Positions 10,781-21,470 of a stretch of DNA of 64,000 bases are shown here, piece by piece. How positions within the stretch are numbered: the first letter of the stretch is position 1; each line of letters starts with the position of its first letter. A program made the position numbers and the translations under genes. This DNA comes from Myxococcota bacterium (lineage in GTDB: Bacteria; Myxococcota_A; UBA796; GCA-2862545), in NCBI GenBank assembly GCA_039208735.1, contig JBCCQY010000013.1, forward strand, positions 27,889-91,888, read 5' to 3'. The notes under the pieces are model-generated. The model was not told the DNA's origin, made no database searches, and saw only the letters and a list, made by a program, of their open reading frames with translations.

Positions 10781-11929
10781 GTGACCCAACCCTCGGCGAA
10801 CGGCCAGTTGGCCATGGTCCTGGCCGGAGGCGCCGCACGTGGTGCCTACGAAGCCGGTGTGCTGCGGTACCTGTACCACGACCTGCCTCGTCACCTTGGC
10901 TTCGTGCCTTGGCCGGACATCGTGGCAGGGGCGAGTGTCGGGGCCTTGAACAGCTCGTTTGTGGCGGGCCGGGACTTGGATGGCCTGCTGTGGTTGTCGC
11001 AGTTCTACCGGAACCTGCAGCTGCCCGATGTCTTTGGGGTCAGCTACACCGACATGTTCCGGACGGTCCGGGATGCGTTTCGGGATGCGCCGTTCTTCAT
11101 CGCCGACCCTGAACCGCTGCAAAAAATGGCGTTTCGCCACTTCCCCAAGCGGGAGATTCGGCGAGCCGTGGACGATGGACTGACCTGGATCGTAGGGGCG
11201 ACCGACCTACGCACGGGATTTCAGGTGCTGTTTGTCGACAGTCAGCGCAGCCCAGATTGGGGGCTCCGGCCCGGGGTGCACATCGTCCACACCGAGATTC
11301 GGTCCATCCACACCCTGGCGAGCGCGGCCTTGCCGCTATTGTTTCCGCCGATTCAGGTGGGTGACCGGCTCCTCGTCGACGGGGGGCTGCGCATGAATAC
11401 CCCGTTGCGTCCGGTGGTTCGGGCCGGCGCGAAACGCATCATTGTACTGTCGCTCAAACGACAGTCGCAAGACGAAGAGCGCACGTTGCAGGTGCCGAAC
11501 CTACCGTTCCTTGTCGGAAAGACGATCAATGCCTTGTGGCTTGACCCGATCGAACAGGATCTGCACGACGCTGAAGAGATGAACCGGATCATTGCTTGGG
11601 GCAACGAACACTACGGCCCCGAGTTTGGCGAACGACTCTACCGGGACCTCGGGCATCGCGACGTCGAGGTGCTGTTCATCGCGCCCTCGGTTGACCTTGG
11701 GGAGATTGCCGCCTCGATTTACCAAGAACGGCCCCCTCGGGTGTCAGGTGCGTTGGGGAGCTTGCTGAGTTGGGCTGCGGGGGACACCGGTCCCGATGCC
11801 GACCTGCTGTCCTACGTGTACTTCGACAAGGAGTATACGGGGGCGCTGGAGGAGCTTGGATACCGGGATGCCCAGGCCCTCGAAGAAGAGATCGTCAAGA
11901 TCATCATGCCCGATGGGACGCCGACCTAG
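10781..11929 (+). CDS. Patatin-like phospholipase
   Basis: 'LAGGAARGAYEAG', 'GASVG' (GxSxG), 'DGG'. Confidence 0.9.
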   Translation: MTQPSANGQLAMVLAGGAARGAYEAGVLRYLYHDLPRHLGFVPWPDIVAGASVGALNSSFVAGRDLDGLLWLSQFYRNLQLPDVFGVSYTDMFRTVRDAFRDAPFFIADPEPLQKMAFRHFPKREIRRAVDDGLTWIVGATDLRTGFQVLFVDSQRSPDWGLRPGVHIVHTEIRSIHTLASAALPLLFPPIQVGDRLLVDGGLRMNTPLRPVVRAGAKRIIVLSLKRQSQDEERTLQVPNLPFLVGKTINALWLDPIEQDLHDAEEMNRIIAWGNEHYGPEFGERLYRDLGHRDVEVLFIAPSVDLGEIAASIYQERPPRVSGALGSLLSWAAGDTGPDADLLSYVYFDKEYTGALEELGYRDAQALEEEIVKIIMPDGTPT

Positions 11930-12978
11930 GGCTTCCCAGACGGCTTTTCACCCTTAGCTTCTTCCGCCTCGAGCGTGCGAACGGCCGCGAGGAGTTCCGC
12001 TTTGACTTCGGCCACGGCTGCGGTGTCCGCGAAGGTCTTGTCGAGGGCTTCGTGTTGCGCGACCAAGGCGGGGGTTTGGTCCACCGCCTGCGCCTCGAGG
12101 CTGGTATCGAGGATGAACGCGTCCTTTTCAACGGAACGGCGCAGCTTGTTGAGCCGCATGCTGACCGCCATACGACCCTGGGCTGGCCCCGCGTCCCAGC
12201 CCCGAATCCAGCCTTCGCTGTCGAGGAGCACCCGAACGTGCCGCTGGGCCATCAGGGTTTCGGCCGTGGCCTGGAGCTGAACCGGAAACACACGGTCGGC
12301 GAGTTCCGATTTGCGGGACTGCAACAGTGCGGCGATTCCAGGGCTCTTTTCGGCGACCATCGCTTCGATGCGCTCGGCTGGGTCGATCACTCCGATGTAG
12401 GCGGTGAGGGTCTCTCCGTCCTCGGTCACCGCCTGCTGGCCCGTGAAGGTGGCGGACTTCATCACAGCGTCCACCGACTCTGCAACATCGCCCTGCCCAA
12501 ACGGGGAGCCATTGAGCAGCGTCTTTAGTTTGAACGGGTTCGATTCGTCGAAGAGGTCCGACCCCACACGATGGACCCTCGGCGCACCCGGAATGCCTGC
12601 GGGGGACTGGCTTACCATGGTCAAGGTGCGCTGGTTGAAGAGCACGTCGATCGACCCGGCGGCCCGACGGGGCTCCTCGGTGCCCACGAACTCCGCCGAC
12701 TGCTCCCCGATGACCCGAAACTGATCGGGTGGGTTGTACGCGAACGTACCCCTGGTGATGTGCAGCACGTTGGTTTGTCCGCGGGCCATACGGCCCATCA
12801 GGACCCCTGCGTCGCTTTGGGCTCGGAAGTGTCCGCTAACCGCGCCTTGGTTGCGCCAGGCGTCAACGGCCTTCTGTAAAGGTGCTTCGGAGGCCGAGAC
12901 GGGCACCTCGGGGGCCGATGGGTTTCCGGTGCAGCCCGCGCCAACGAAAAGAAGGGTGTGAAGGACGACAAGGTTCAT
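11926..12978 (-). CDS. Hypothetical lipoprotein
   Basis: Signal and lipobox 'LLFVGAGC' after ATG 12978, which overlaps the upstream gene's stop. Confidence 0.55.
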   Translation of the reverse strand: MNLVVLHTLLFVGAGCTGNPSAPEVPVSASEAPLQKAVDAWRNQGAVSGHFRAQSDAGVLMGRMARGQTNVLHITRGTFAYNPPDQFRVIGEQSAEFVGTEEPRRAAGSIDVLFNQRTLTMVSQSPAGIPGAPRVHRVGSDLFDESNPFKLKTLLNGSPFGQGDVAESVDAVMKSATFTGQQAVTEDGETLTAYIGVIDPAERIEAMVAEKSPGIAALLQSRKSELADRVFPVQLQATAETLMAQRHVRVLLDSEGWIRGWDAGPAQGRMAVSMRLNKLRRSVEKDAFILDTSLEAQAVDQTPALVAQHEALDKTFADTAAVAEVKAELLAAVRTLEAEEAKGEKPSGKP

Positions 12979-14018
12979 AGGTGCTCCAACCCAACCCAAT
13001 CCGCAATGGCGTCGGTGACGGTGGTGTCGACGCGCCGGCCGATGTCGTCCTGGGTGATTTGCTGCCAATCCGGTTGACCGATGCAGTTGAGGGCGTGAGT
13101 GATGCACGGCAGGACCGTCGCCTGATGCCCCACGGTCGAGCCTTCCAGATGGTCCCCCCACGCCTCGATTTCAGCCGGGGGGACGTTCCAATCGTAGTCC
13201 CCGCCCAAAGCGAGGAGCGGGACCGTTGCATCGAGGGCCGCGGTCTTGGCCTCTTCGCCGACACGAATCCAGCTCTCCCAGAACTCGACGGTTCCTCCAC
13301 CGGCGCTCGTTCCCTGGAAGGTCCCGGCTGCGATGGCCTCGACGTCCTCGACGAGCCCCCGCAAACTCGTGAGCTGCGCCTTTGCGGACTCTTCGGTCGA
13401 TCCATTCTCGATCAGGAGGTCTCGTGAAAAGTCGAGCTGGTAGCGAAGCAGTACATCGATCGTCTGAAAGGGACCGGCCAGGATGACCCCACCGGCGAGG
13501 TCCTCCATGTCGGCCGCGACAATCGGCACGAAGCTGCCCCCCTGGCTGTGGCCGACCAAGAAGATGCGGTCCACGTCGATGTCGTCCTGAGTAGCGAGGA
13601 AGGCCACGGCCGATCGCGCATCGGCCACGAAGTCGTCGACCGTGGTGCTTTCATCGACAGAGGGGTAGTCGTTTTCACAGCCATTGGTCGACGAACACGT
13701 GCGCTTGTCGTAGCGCAGAACCGCAATGCCCTCGCGTACCAGTTCGGTCGACACCTGGCGAAAGATGTCGATCGAAAACCCAAAGCCTAGGTTGAGCTGC
13801 CCTGATGCGGGTACGTCCCGGCTGTTGGGGCCGCTGCCGTGGACCAAGACCACCGCAGGTACGACCTCATCGCTCGCGTGTTCCGGCACGACAAGGTTCC
13901 CTTCTAGCGTGAACCCTTGGCTATCAAACACCACTTCGGTGTTGCTGCGGGGCACGGTAGCGGCGGGGTCCACCGGGGTCCCGCAGCCCCCCAACAGTCC
14001 CGCGAAGAGAATCGTCAT
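12975..14018 (-). CDS. Alpha/beta hydrolase lipoprotein (serine aminopeptidase-like)
   Basis: 'LLGGC' lipobox; 'VHGSGP', 'RYDKR', 'GHSQGG', 'GDYDWNVP', late His. Confidence 0.85.
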   Translation of the reverse strand: MTILFAGLLGGCGTPVDPAATVPRSNTEVVFDSQGFTLEGNLVVPEHASDEVVPAVVLVHGSGPNSRDVPASGQLNLGFGFSIDIFRQVSTELVREGIAVLRYDKRTCSSTNGCENDYPSVDESTTVDDFVADARSAVAFLATQDDIDVDRIFLVGHSQGGSFVPIVAADMEDLAGGVILAGPFQTIDVLLRYQLDFSRDLLIENGSTEESAKAQLTSLRGLVEDVEAIAAGTFQGTSAGGGTVEFWESWIRVGEEAKTAALDATVPLLALGGDYDWNVPPAEIEAWGDHLEGSTVGHQATVLPCITHALNCIGQPDWQQITQDDIGRRVDTTVTDAIADWVGLEHL

Positions 14019-14029
14019 GATGGTCTCCT

Positions 14030-14482
14030 TCAGGATCGACGCAGCTTGGCGAGGAAACGGTCGAGGGCGCCAGCGAAAGCTCGCTTGTCGCGCTCGCCGT
14101 AGGGCTTCGGGCCCCCAAGGAGTTCACCGGCCTCACGTTGCTGCTCCATGAAGTCTCTCATGGTAAGCCGAGCCGATGCGTTCGAAGCGTCAATGACCTG
14201 ACCGCGAGGGTCGATGACGAGCCCGCCTTTCTCGACCGCCGCAGCCGCGAGTGGAATATCGGCCGTGATCACGAGGTCGCCCGGCTGGACTTGCTCGACG
14301 ATCCATTCGTCGGCGACGTCGAACCCCTTGCCCACGATCTCTTGTCGCACGTGTCGGGATTTCGGCAGCCGCATGGGCTGGTTCGCGACGAGAATGACCT
14401 GAATAGGAACCCGGTCCGCGGCGCGAAACAGCATTTCCTTCACGGGCCGCGGGCAGGCATCGGCATCGACATAGATCGGCAT
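14030..14482 (-). CDS. yaiI: YaiI/YqxD (UPF0178) family protein
   Basis: 'IYVDADACPRPVK', 'ADEWIV', 'GDLVITADIPLA', 'GGPKPY'. Confidence 0.92.
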   Translation of the reverse strand: MPIYVDADACPRPVKEMLFRAADRVPIQVILVANQPMRLPKSRHVRQEIVGKGFDVADEWIVEQVQPGDLVITADIPLAAAAVEKGGLVIDPRGQVIDASNASARLTMRDFMEQQREAGELLGGPKPYGERDKRAFAGALDRFLAKLRRS

Positions 14483-14503
14483 GCCGCAGGATAAGCCGTT
14501 GCC

Positions 14504-16273
14504 TTATCGGGGGTCAGCGTTCCAAGACCGCGGGGGCCGCCGGGAGCGGTCCTTGGGACCTCGATCATCACGACGACGACGCGGCGGACCTTGGCCATCG
14601 CGCTCGCGGCGCCGTGGGGGCCGATTCGAACCTGGCCGGGCCAGCGTGACGGGGACCTCCCGACCTCGGATTTGGACATGGTCGAGGTTGAGGACGGTGT
14701 CGGCCACGGACTTGGGCACGCCGACGAACGTTTTGCGGTCGAGGATGACGACCTTGCCGATGCGTCCTCCATCGATGCCCGCTTCGTGGGCCAGGGCGCC
14801 AACAATGTCACCCGGCCGAACGTGCCGCTGTCGGCCCACCGGCAAGAACAGCTGCACCTCGTTGGTGTCCTCGCGGTCGCCATCGGTGCTACGGCTGGCA
14901 AAGTCCTCGGGTCGACGCATCGGCCGCACCCATTCCGGCGGCGCGTCTTCGTTCGGGGTGGCCAGGGGCACGTGCTGCTGGGCGGCAAGGAGCCGTACCG
15001 CAGCTTCCGCGACCTGCTCGACGGTCAGTTCGCTTTGGGCGATGGCTTCGGCGAGCCAGCCGGTGGCATCGGCGTCGGGCGCTTCGGCGGCCTCGGTGAG
15101 TTGAGCGAGGAACCGAGCTTGGGCACCTCGCGCGATCGTGGCATCTGACGGGACGTCGACCTGGTCGATGCGAGCGCCTAGCTGCCGACTGATACGCCGA
15201 ATCCGCTGCTTCTCCTTGGGCGTGGCAAAGCTAATGGCGACGCCCTTACGGCCGACGCGACCCGTACGCCCAATGCGGTGCACGTAGGTCTCGGTGTCGA
15301 TGGGAAGGTCGTAGTTGATCACATGGGTCACATGGTCAACGTCGATGCCGCGAGCGGCCACGTCGGTCGCGATGACCACATCGATGCGCCCCGCCCGCAA
15401 ACGCCGCAACACCCGCTCGCGGGCCGATTGAGAGAGGTCGCCGTGCAGCGCGTCGACCGAAATGCCCATCTTGGTCAGCGCGTCGGCAACATCGGCGCAG
15501 CTTGCGCGGGTGCGAGCGAACACCAACACCGCTTCGTGGGGCGTGCCCCGAAGCACCCGACCCAAGGCCTCGAGCTTGTGGCGTGCAGGTACCCGCATCC
15601 ACTGCTGCTCGATGTGGTCGACGGTCATCGCACGGCCTTCGACCTGAACCTCGACGGGGTCCTGGAGGTGACGGTCGGCGACTTTCCGGATTTCGGGCGG
15701 CATGGTGGCCGAAAACAGTGCAATCTGCCGGTCGGAGGGCATCTCCGACAACAGCCGCTCGACGTCGTCGATGAATCCCATGCGCAGCATTTCATCAGCC
15801 TCGTCGAGCACCACGTGGCGGATCTGGGACAGATCGAGATTGCCACGGTCGAGGTGATCGAGGAGTCGGCCGGGGGTGCCCACCACCACGGTGGCCTTGC
15901 GCAGTCCGTGAATCTGGGGGCCGTAGGGAGCGCCACCGTAAACGGTGGTGATCGAAAGCCGCAGTCCCGTCGCGAAGGAATTCAGAGCGTCGGTCACCTG
16001 CAACGCGAGTTCGCGGGTGGGGGCGAGCACGAGGGCTTTGGGCGGCGTTCCGCCTTCACGAACCGCATGGAGGAGCGGCAATCCGAACGCTGCGGTCTTA
16101 CCCGAACCGGTACGCGCGCGTCCGATGAGGTCGCGCCCCTCGGCCATCACGGGAATCGCGGCCGCTTGGATGGGCGTGGCGTGTTCAAAGCCGAGCGCGG
16201 TCACCGCTTCGACCAGGGCAGGGTCCAGCGGGAGCTCGGTGAACGCCACCGGCTGGGAGTCGGAATCAGACAT
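14504..16273 (-). CDS. deaD: DEAD-box RNA helicase with a DbpA-type RNA-binding domain
   Basis: Q motif, 'TGSGKT', 'PTRELA', 'DEAD', 'SAT', 'HRIGRTGR', C-terminal 'RPGDIVGA'. Confidence 0.9.
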   Translation of the reverse strand: MSDSDSQPVAFTELPLDPALVEAVTALGFEHATPIQAAAIPVMAEGRDLIGRARTGSGKTAAFGLPLLHAVREGGTPPKALVLAPTRELALQVTDALNSFATGLRLSITTVYGGAPYGPQIHGLRKATVVVGTPGRLLDHLDRGNLDLSQIRHVVLDEADEMLRMGFIDDVERLLSEMPSDRQIALFSATMPPEIRKVADRHLQDPVEVQVEGRAMTVDHIEQQWMRVPARHKLEALGRVLRGTPHEAVLVFARTRASCADVADALTKMGISVDALHGDLSQSARERVLRRLRAGRIDVVIATDVAARGIDVDHVTHVINYDLPIDTETYVHRIGRTGRVGRKGVAISFATPKEKQRIRRISRQLGARIDQVDVPSDATIARGAQARFLAQLTEAAEAPDADATGWLAEAIAQSELTVEQVAEAAVRLLAAQQHVPLATPNEDAPPEWVRPMRRPEDFASRSTDGDREDTNEVQLFLPVGRQRHVRPGDIVGALAHEAGIDGGRIGKVVILDRKTFVGVPKSVADTVLNLDHVQIRGREVPVTLARPGSNRPPRRRERDGQGPPRRRRDDRGPKDRSRRPPRSWNADPR

Positions 16274-16375
16274 GAAAAGGGGGTTCCTTCGGCGGCGGCC
16301 AGACGACGGCGACGACAGACGGTAGCGGCACGTTCGTCCGGCGGGCGCGCAGCAAGGCTACGTATCCCAAGATGG

Positions 16376-19237
16376 CTATGGCGTCGCGCCCTTTTGGTCA
16401 GGGCGCTGGCGAGCGGCAAATGCGATCAACGCGGTGATGCGGAGGGCTTCGTCGACGGGCATACGGTCGGTGGTCAACACCGACAACAATCCGTCTTTCG
16501 CAATGGGCTGTAGCAACTCGGCCGATTTGGTGGATGCGGTGAGAATGGCGCGAATCGCCGCATGCAAATCCCCGGTGACCAGAAGAGCGATGCGGTCTGC
16601 ATGCATGCGCACCTGGAGCCCCGCTCCCTGGAGATTTTCACGCCCAATGCCCGAAGGTTCGGGCGACGAGCGACCGGTGAGGCGTTCCCAAAGGGGCGTA
16701 GCCAAGCTGGTGGCCTTGTCGAGAGCCGTGCGCGCCGCGAACATCCGCCGGCCGAGGCGAAATAGGCTTTGCAGTTTGGCAATTTGGTCGATGCCGGGCA
16801 CGAGCGTAATCAGGTCGAAGACGTTTTCGGCGGTGGTCGCGTACCGTCCAAACGCCGAGTACATCGATCGGCTCGTCCCCACGAGGCTCTGATCGAGGGC
16901 GAGCAGCGGATGGCCGCACCGCAAGTGAGACAATTCGACGGCGAGGGCGAAGGTGAGCGCCGCATCATCGAGGGCCCGTTCACCGGGCTCGAGGTGCGTG
17001 ATGCCCATGAGGACGACCGGAGGGTCGGTAGGCCAGGCGCTGATGCCCCACGCACCCTCCCCGCGGTAAAGAAAGGTTTCGGGTGCAGATAGCCCCAAGA
17101 CCTTGGAAACTTCGCGGATGGCCCGATGCTCGCGCGGCCAGGCCTCTTCGGTGAGTCGTTCGAGCCCCCGCGTGAGTACCGTACGGTCAGGCGTCTCGGA
17201 AGGATCGATGGTTTGGCGAAGGCGTCCGAGCCAGCCGATGCCGCCGGGATGAAGGGTATCGAGCGTGGTATCGTCAAAACCTTCAATCCACCGCCGATGG
17301 GGCTCGGGCGGGGTGGTCCCCAAGACATCATGGAGGTGGGTCCACCAAGTGCGCAACGTGGGCTCGATCACCACGCCAGTGTGCAACGCGTGGTGGTAGG
17401 CCTCGGGCTGCAGGAAGTCGCCAGTGAGGGCCTCGACCAATGCCCCCACCGCAGCTTCCGTCTCGCCATCAACCGCGTACAACCTGGCGATGCGAATCCA
17501 CCGGGCGTATCGAGGGTCGGTGGACATGGGGTCATCGGATTCGACGGGCGCCTCGACCGCGGCGCGGGCGTCCACGAGTTCGGCGGCTTTGGTCAGGGTT
17601 GTAGCGGCGTCGTGGGGCCGTCCGAGTCGATCCTCATACAACGTAGCTAATGCCTCGTAGCGGACCACCGTAGGGCCGTCCGCAATGAGGGCTTCGAGCG
17701 CGCGCGCCTGGGCAGCCGGGGCGTGGTCGGGAGCCGCGTCGAGCAACGAAGCCCACTCATCGGGTGGCGTGTCGACGGGGAGGAAGTCGGCCTGGGGGTC
17801 CTGCGCCAACGCCGCGCGCCAGTGGGGAGCTGGATCGGCGTGTGCCGACCGCGCATACCGCGCCAGTTGAGCATGATCTGAGGCCGTCCCGGCTTCTCCC
17901 ATGGCCCGCGCCCAGGCGTCCATGGCAGCTTCCCAGGCTTCCTCCTTGGCAAAGGCTTCCGCGGCTTGACGCCAGGTGGCGCGGCCGGTGGCGGTGTCGA
18001 CCCGCTCCCGCAGCACCGCCAGCCCGGCGTAGCGCCGCGCATCGGGGCTGACGAGACCCCACAGGGCCGCCGCGGCGGCCACTGCGGTCGGGGTTCCACG
18101 AAGGGCAAGCCCCGTGGCCATGGCCTCGGCATAGCGCTCACACGGCCAAGGAAGTCCTTCGACGCGAGCCTGCGCGGGCAGCGCGTCCAACGCAAGCCCC
18201 GCCCCGAGGGTCGACCAGCGCACATTCTGACGGCCCAACGCACGACGCAAGGCGCGGTCTCGATCCTCGACTCCTTTGGCGAAACCTACCGGATCATCAG
18301 GAAGAAACGACGTGGCCGACCAACTTCTGACCGTGACCACCCCTTGGTCGAAAGCCCAGGCGACGGCAGCGAGTTCGGGAAGGCTTTGGGAGGGACCTGG
18401 ACCCTCCGCACCGAGGGCGCGGGCTTCGGTCCACAGGGACACCGCCCGGGCGGGATCGGGCTCTTCAAGCGCGCTGGCCGCAGCGATTCTCCATCGTTCG
18501 CCCGGGGTGGTGGCCTCATGGAGGTCGTGCAGGACCGGGACGGAAGCGCGTGCTCCGGTGGGTGCAAGTAGCGGATGTCCGTCTGCGGTGAGGGTGGGTC
18601 GGCCGGCGCTCGGCATCACCACTTCAAGTCGATCGACGCGCCGAAATTGCATTTCGCCCCACGGGGCACGCGCCACCATGAGGGTGCGATGGGTGGAGAC
18701 GAGAAGCACCCAGGGGCTTTCGTGCAGGGTGCCGTGGTGGTGGTTGAAGGGCCGAGTCGTGGCGGTGGTGAGTCCAACGAGCCAGCGCTCGGTCGAGGCT
18801 TCGTTGGGGGCGCGAAGTTCGTCGGTGACGCCGATGGCGCCTTTCGCCGAGGCAATCAAGGGAAAGGTACGGCCAGGCTTTGGCCGGATCGCTTCACCGC
18901 CTCCCCCGCGGGCGAACTGCGCGACGAGGGCTTGTCCTTCGGTGCGGGTGCGGGTGCGCAGCGGGAGCCACCATGGTCCGACGTGAAGTCGATCGCGGGT
19001 CCAGCCCGTCTCGAGACGCACCGTGTCGACTTCACCGGTGGCCCAGGCCCACGTCCGTCCGTCCTCGGTGGCCGCCACAATCCAGCACCGGCGTTGGCTG
19101 GCGACCACGTAGCGAGGGGCTTTCGTCACCGTGTCGTCATCCGCGACGAATGCGTGCTCCCCCGCGGTCCGAAGAAGGGCCAAGACTTCGTCACCGGCGG
19201 CCTCGACCACGGCTCGAATGGCCTGCTCGTCGCTCAT
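16376..19237 (-). CDS. Large hypothetical protein with TPR-like helical repeats and an M48-like C-terminal domain
   Basis: 953-aa ORF; Ala-rich helical repeats; C-terminal 'FALAVELSHL' and 'ADRIALLVTGD' resemble the M48 fold without an intact HExxH. Confidence 0.55.
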   Translation of the reverse strand: MSDEQAIRAVVEAAGDEVLALLRTAGEHAFVADDDTVTKAPRYVVASQRRCWIVAATEDGRTWAWATGEVDTVRLETGWTRDRLHVGPWWLPLRTRTRTEGQALVAQFARGGGGEAIRPKPGRTFPLIASAKGAIGVTDELRAPNEASTERWLVGLTTATTRPFNHHHGTLHESPWVLLVSTHRTLMVARAPWGEMQFRRVDRLEVVMPSAGRPTLTADGHPLLAPTGARASVPVLHDLHEATTPGERWRIAAASALEEPDPARAVSLWTEARALGAEGPGPSQSLPELAAVAWAFDQGVVTVRSWSATSFLPDDPVGFAKGVEDRDRALRRALGRQNVRWSTLGAGLALDALPAQARVEGLPWPCERYAEAMATGLALRGTPTAVAAAAALWGLVSPDARRYAGLAVLRERVDTATGRATWRQAAEAFAKEEAWEAAMDAWARAMGEAGTASDHAQLARYARSAHADPAPHWRAALAQDPQADFLPVDTPPDEWASLLDAAPDHAPAAQARALEALIADGPTVVRYEALATLYEDRLGRPHDAATTLTKAAELVDARAAVEAPVESDDPMSTDPRYARWIRIARLYAVDGETEAAVGALVEALTGDFLQPEAYHHALHTGVVIEPTLRTWWTHLHDVLGTTPPEPHRRWIEGFDDTTLDTLHPGGIGWLGRLRQTIDPSETPDRTVLTRGLERLTEEAWPREHRAIREVSKVLGLSAPETFLYRGEGAWGISAWPTDPPVVLMGITHLEPGERALDDAALTFALAVELSHLRCGHPLLALDQSLVGTSRSMYSAFGRYATTAENVFDLITLVPGIDQIAKLQSLFRLGRRMFAARTALDKATSLATPLWERLTGRSSPEPSGIGRENLQGAGLQVRMHADRIALLVTGDLHAAIRAILTASTKSAELLQPIAKDGLLSVLTTDRMPVDEALRITALIAFAARQRPDQKGATP

Positions 19238-19290
19238 CGGGTGTCCTCCGGGGCGTCTCCCCCGGACGTTACGACACGCGTGGAGGCTCC

Positions 19291-19611
19291 ATGGATTCCA
19301 CCGTCGCCGGACCGATCCTGACGCGCCGGGCTTGGATCACCACCGTCGCCAGCGCGCTCGCTGCGGTTGCGGTGACCCCGGAAGCGGCGAATGTCCGATG
19401 GGCGCCTTCGGTTGTCCACCCGGCGATTCCCGCGCGGGTGTTCGAGGCGCAGTTGAATGCCGCGCTGGCCGCGGTCGTGGCCGAGTCCCCGAGCCATGCT
19501 CGCAAGGCGACGGCCCGGTTTGGTCCGCTCCCTGCGGCCAGGGGATGGCCTTGCGCACCACGGCTCGTCGAAGACGTCGTCCGTGGTGCCGTTGGCATCA
19601 CACGAGGTTGA
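19291..19611 (+). CDS. Hypothetical protein with a possible Tat signal
   Basis: ATG follows GGAGG; 'LTRRAWI' then a hydrophobic stretch; overlaps the flgE 3' end. Confidence 0.35.
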   Translation: MDSTVAGPILTRRAWITTVASALAAVAVTPEAANVRWAPSVVHPAIPARVFEAQLNAALAAVVAESPSHARKATARFGPLPAARGWPCAPRLVEDVVRGAVGITRG

Positions 19612-20923
19612 CGAGTTCCTGAAGCGTCTCGTCGGCCGTCCGAATGACCCCCGCGTTGGCCTGGTAGCTCCGCTGGATTTGGATCATCGACACGAATTCT
19701 CGTTCGAGGTCGACATTGCTCCGCTCGAGCGAGTAGCCATCGACCCGGCCCCTGCCGCCTGCGTTCGCTTGACCCAGCGTCGCCGCGCCGCTCGCGAACG
19801 TGGCGCGGAACATGTTTCCGCCCATTCGTTCCAGTCCGCCCTCGGCCTCGAAGGTGGCCACCGCGACCTGTCCCAAGGCGAGCTGGGCGCCGTTCGTGTA
19901 CTGGCCGTAGATCACGCCGTCCTGGTCGACACTGATGTCGGTGAGGTTGCCGTTGCCGTAGCCATCCTGGGAGATCGCCGAGACCACGTTTTCCGCACCA
20001 TTGTTGGTCACCGAGCCTGACGTGGGGTTTCCGGCGGCATCGACCCCGAACTCAAACGTCGGGTCGAAGGGGCTCGCTCCCGGCCAGGTCCAAGGGGTGT
20101 TGTTGACCGTGAAGCCGTTGGTAATCAGCTGGCCGTCGGCATCGAAACCAAGCTGGCCCGTCCCGATTTCGAGGGCCATGCCCTCCTGGGCTCCGGCGAG
20201 ATCGGTCTCTCCGGCGTCAATGACGACCGAGTAGCTCCACTGCGTGGGGTCGGCGCGGTCGCGCTCAAAGTTCAGGATGAGTTCGTGCTGCCGCCCAAGC
20301 GAGTCGTAGACGGTGACCGACGTGCTGAAATCAGCGGCTTCGGCAGCTTCTCGCAGAGGCACCGACGCGCCATCGAGCGACAGCAGGGTGTAGTCCTCGG
20401 TGGCATCCGGGTCGGTGCTGGGGTCGAGCGTTAGCTCCGCAGTGATCGTCGTGGTCATCGCCGGGGGAGCTGGCATATCATAGATGACCAGATCGCTTAG
20501 GACGGGCGAGATTTCGCCGAACTCGGCCTGGTAGCCCTGGACGCGGAAGCCCATCTGGTTGATGAGGAAGCCATCTGGGTCAACGCCGAAACTGCCGTCG
20601 CGGCTGTAGAACGTCTCGTTGCCGTTGGCGACGGCGAACCAGCCTTGGCCCGAAATCGCCATGTCGAGGGAGCTACTCGTTCCCTGCACGGCCCCCTGGG
20701 TGAACAGGGGATTAACCGACAGGTTGGTGGCGCCTCGGCCAAGCTGGGCCGGGCCTGGGCCCAACCCGAACACGTCTTCGGGAATCATGTCGGCGAACTG
20801 AATGCGGTTGCGCTTAAAGCCGACGGTGTTGAGGTTGGCGATGTTGTCGCCAATGACGCCAAGGGCGGCGCCAGACACACCGAGGCCACTGGCCCCGGTG
20901 CGAAGGGTTCCAAAGAGGGACAT
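19598..20923 (-). CDS. flgE: Flagellar hook protein
   Basis: 'SGL...IGDNIANLNTVGFK', 'DMAISGQGWF', 'VYDSLG', 'LERSNVDL...QRSYQANA'; 441 aa. Confidence 0.95.
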   Translation of the reverse strand: MSLFGTLRTGASGLGVSGAALGVIGDNIANLNTVGFKRNRIQFADMIPEDVFGLGPGPAQLGRGATNLSVNPLFTQGAVQGTSSSLDMAISGQGWFAVANGNETFYSRDGSFGVDPDGFLINQMGFRVQGYQAEFGEISPVLSDLVIYDMPAPPAMTTTITAELTLDPSTDPDATEDYTLLSLDGASVPLREAAEAADFSTSVTVYDSLGRQHELILNFERDRADPTQWSYSVVIDAGETDLAGAQEGMALEIGTGQLGFDADGQLITNGFTVNNTPWTWPGASPFDPTFEFGVDAAGNPTSGSVTNNGAENVVSAISQDGYGNGNLTDISVDQDGVIYGQYTNGAQLALGQVAVATFEAEGGLERMGGNMFRATFASGAATLGQANAGGRGRVDGYSLERSNVDLEREFVSMIQIQRSYQANAGVIRTADETLQELVNLV

Positions 20924-21017
20924 GATCGTTCTCTCACGGTACGAATCGCTTCAGTCAGTCAGCGATTCCGGGCTTCCGTGGGACGCATCCCGTGGTCCAG
21001 CCCGTGGGGTCGACAAC

Positions 21018-21470
21018 TCAACCCGCGAGGTAGGTGGCATCCAGGTCAGTAAACACCTGGCCCAAGGCCTCCTCACGGCTCATGACAGTAATGACGGTGC
21101 GTTTCGGTACGCCCACGATCCAGGCTTGCTGGCCCGTGAGTACCAACGCTCTTTTGGCCCCCCGACGCTCGAGGCTCGTCAACGCATCTCCAAGTTCGCT
21201 CGCTTCCGTGGGCCCAAAGGAAAGGCCCCGCGAAGACAAGCGAGACGCGGCGTGGCGAGACAGGACGACGGGACGGAACACCCCGGGCTCGTGGGGGGCT
21301 TCTGCGGCCGGCTCCGGCCCCGGGGTTTCGGAAGCCTCGAGGGGGTCGAGAAGGCGTTCCAACGAGGCATCGAAGTCTGGCCGGCCCGGCTCGATGCTGC
21401 GGGAAGGCGCGCCCGGGCTCCACCCAACAACCGAACGGAGCGGATTCGGACCGTGAATCTCTCCGCTCAC
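21018..21470 (-). CDS. Flagellar operon protein (TIGR02530-like)
   Basis: 'LSRHAASRLSSRG', 'RGAKRALVL', 'RTVIT', 'VFTDLD'; lies between flgD and flgE. Confidence 0.8.
   Translation of the reverse strand: MSGEIHGPNPLRSVVGWSPGAPSRSIEPGRPDFDASLERLLDPLEASETPGPEPAAEAPHEPGVFRPVVLSRHAASRLSSRGLSFGPTEASELGDALTSLERRGAKRALVLTGQQAWIVGVPKRTVITVMSREEALGQVFTDLDATYLAG

Noticed and set aside
20943..20968. Hairpin GAATCGCT...AGCGATTC upstream of flgE as a regulatory RNA
   Set aside because: An 8-bp stem with no U-tract or family features; insufficient evidence
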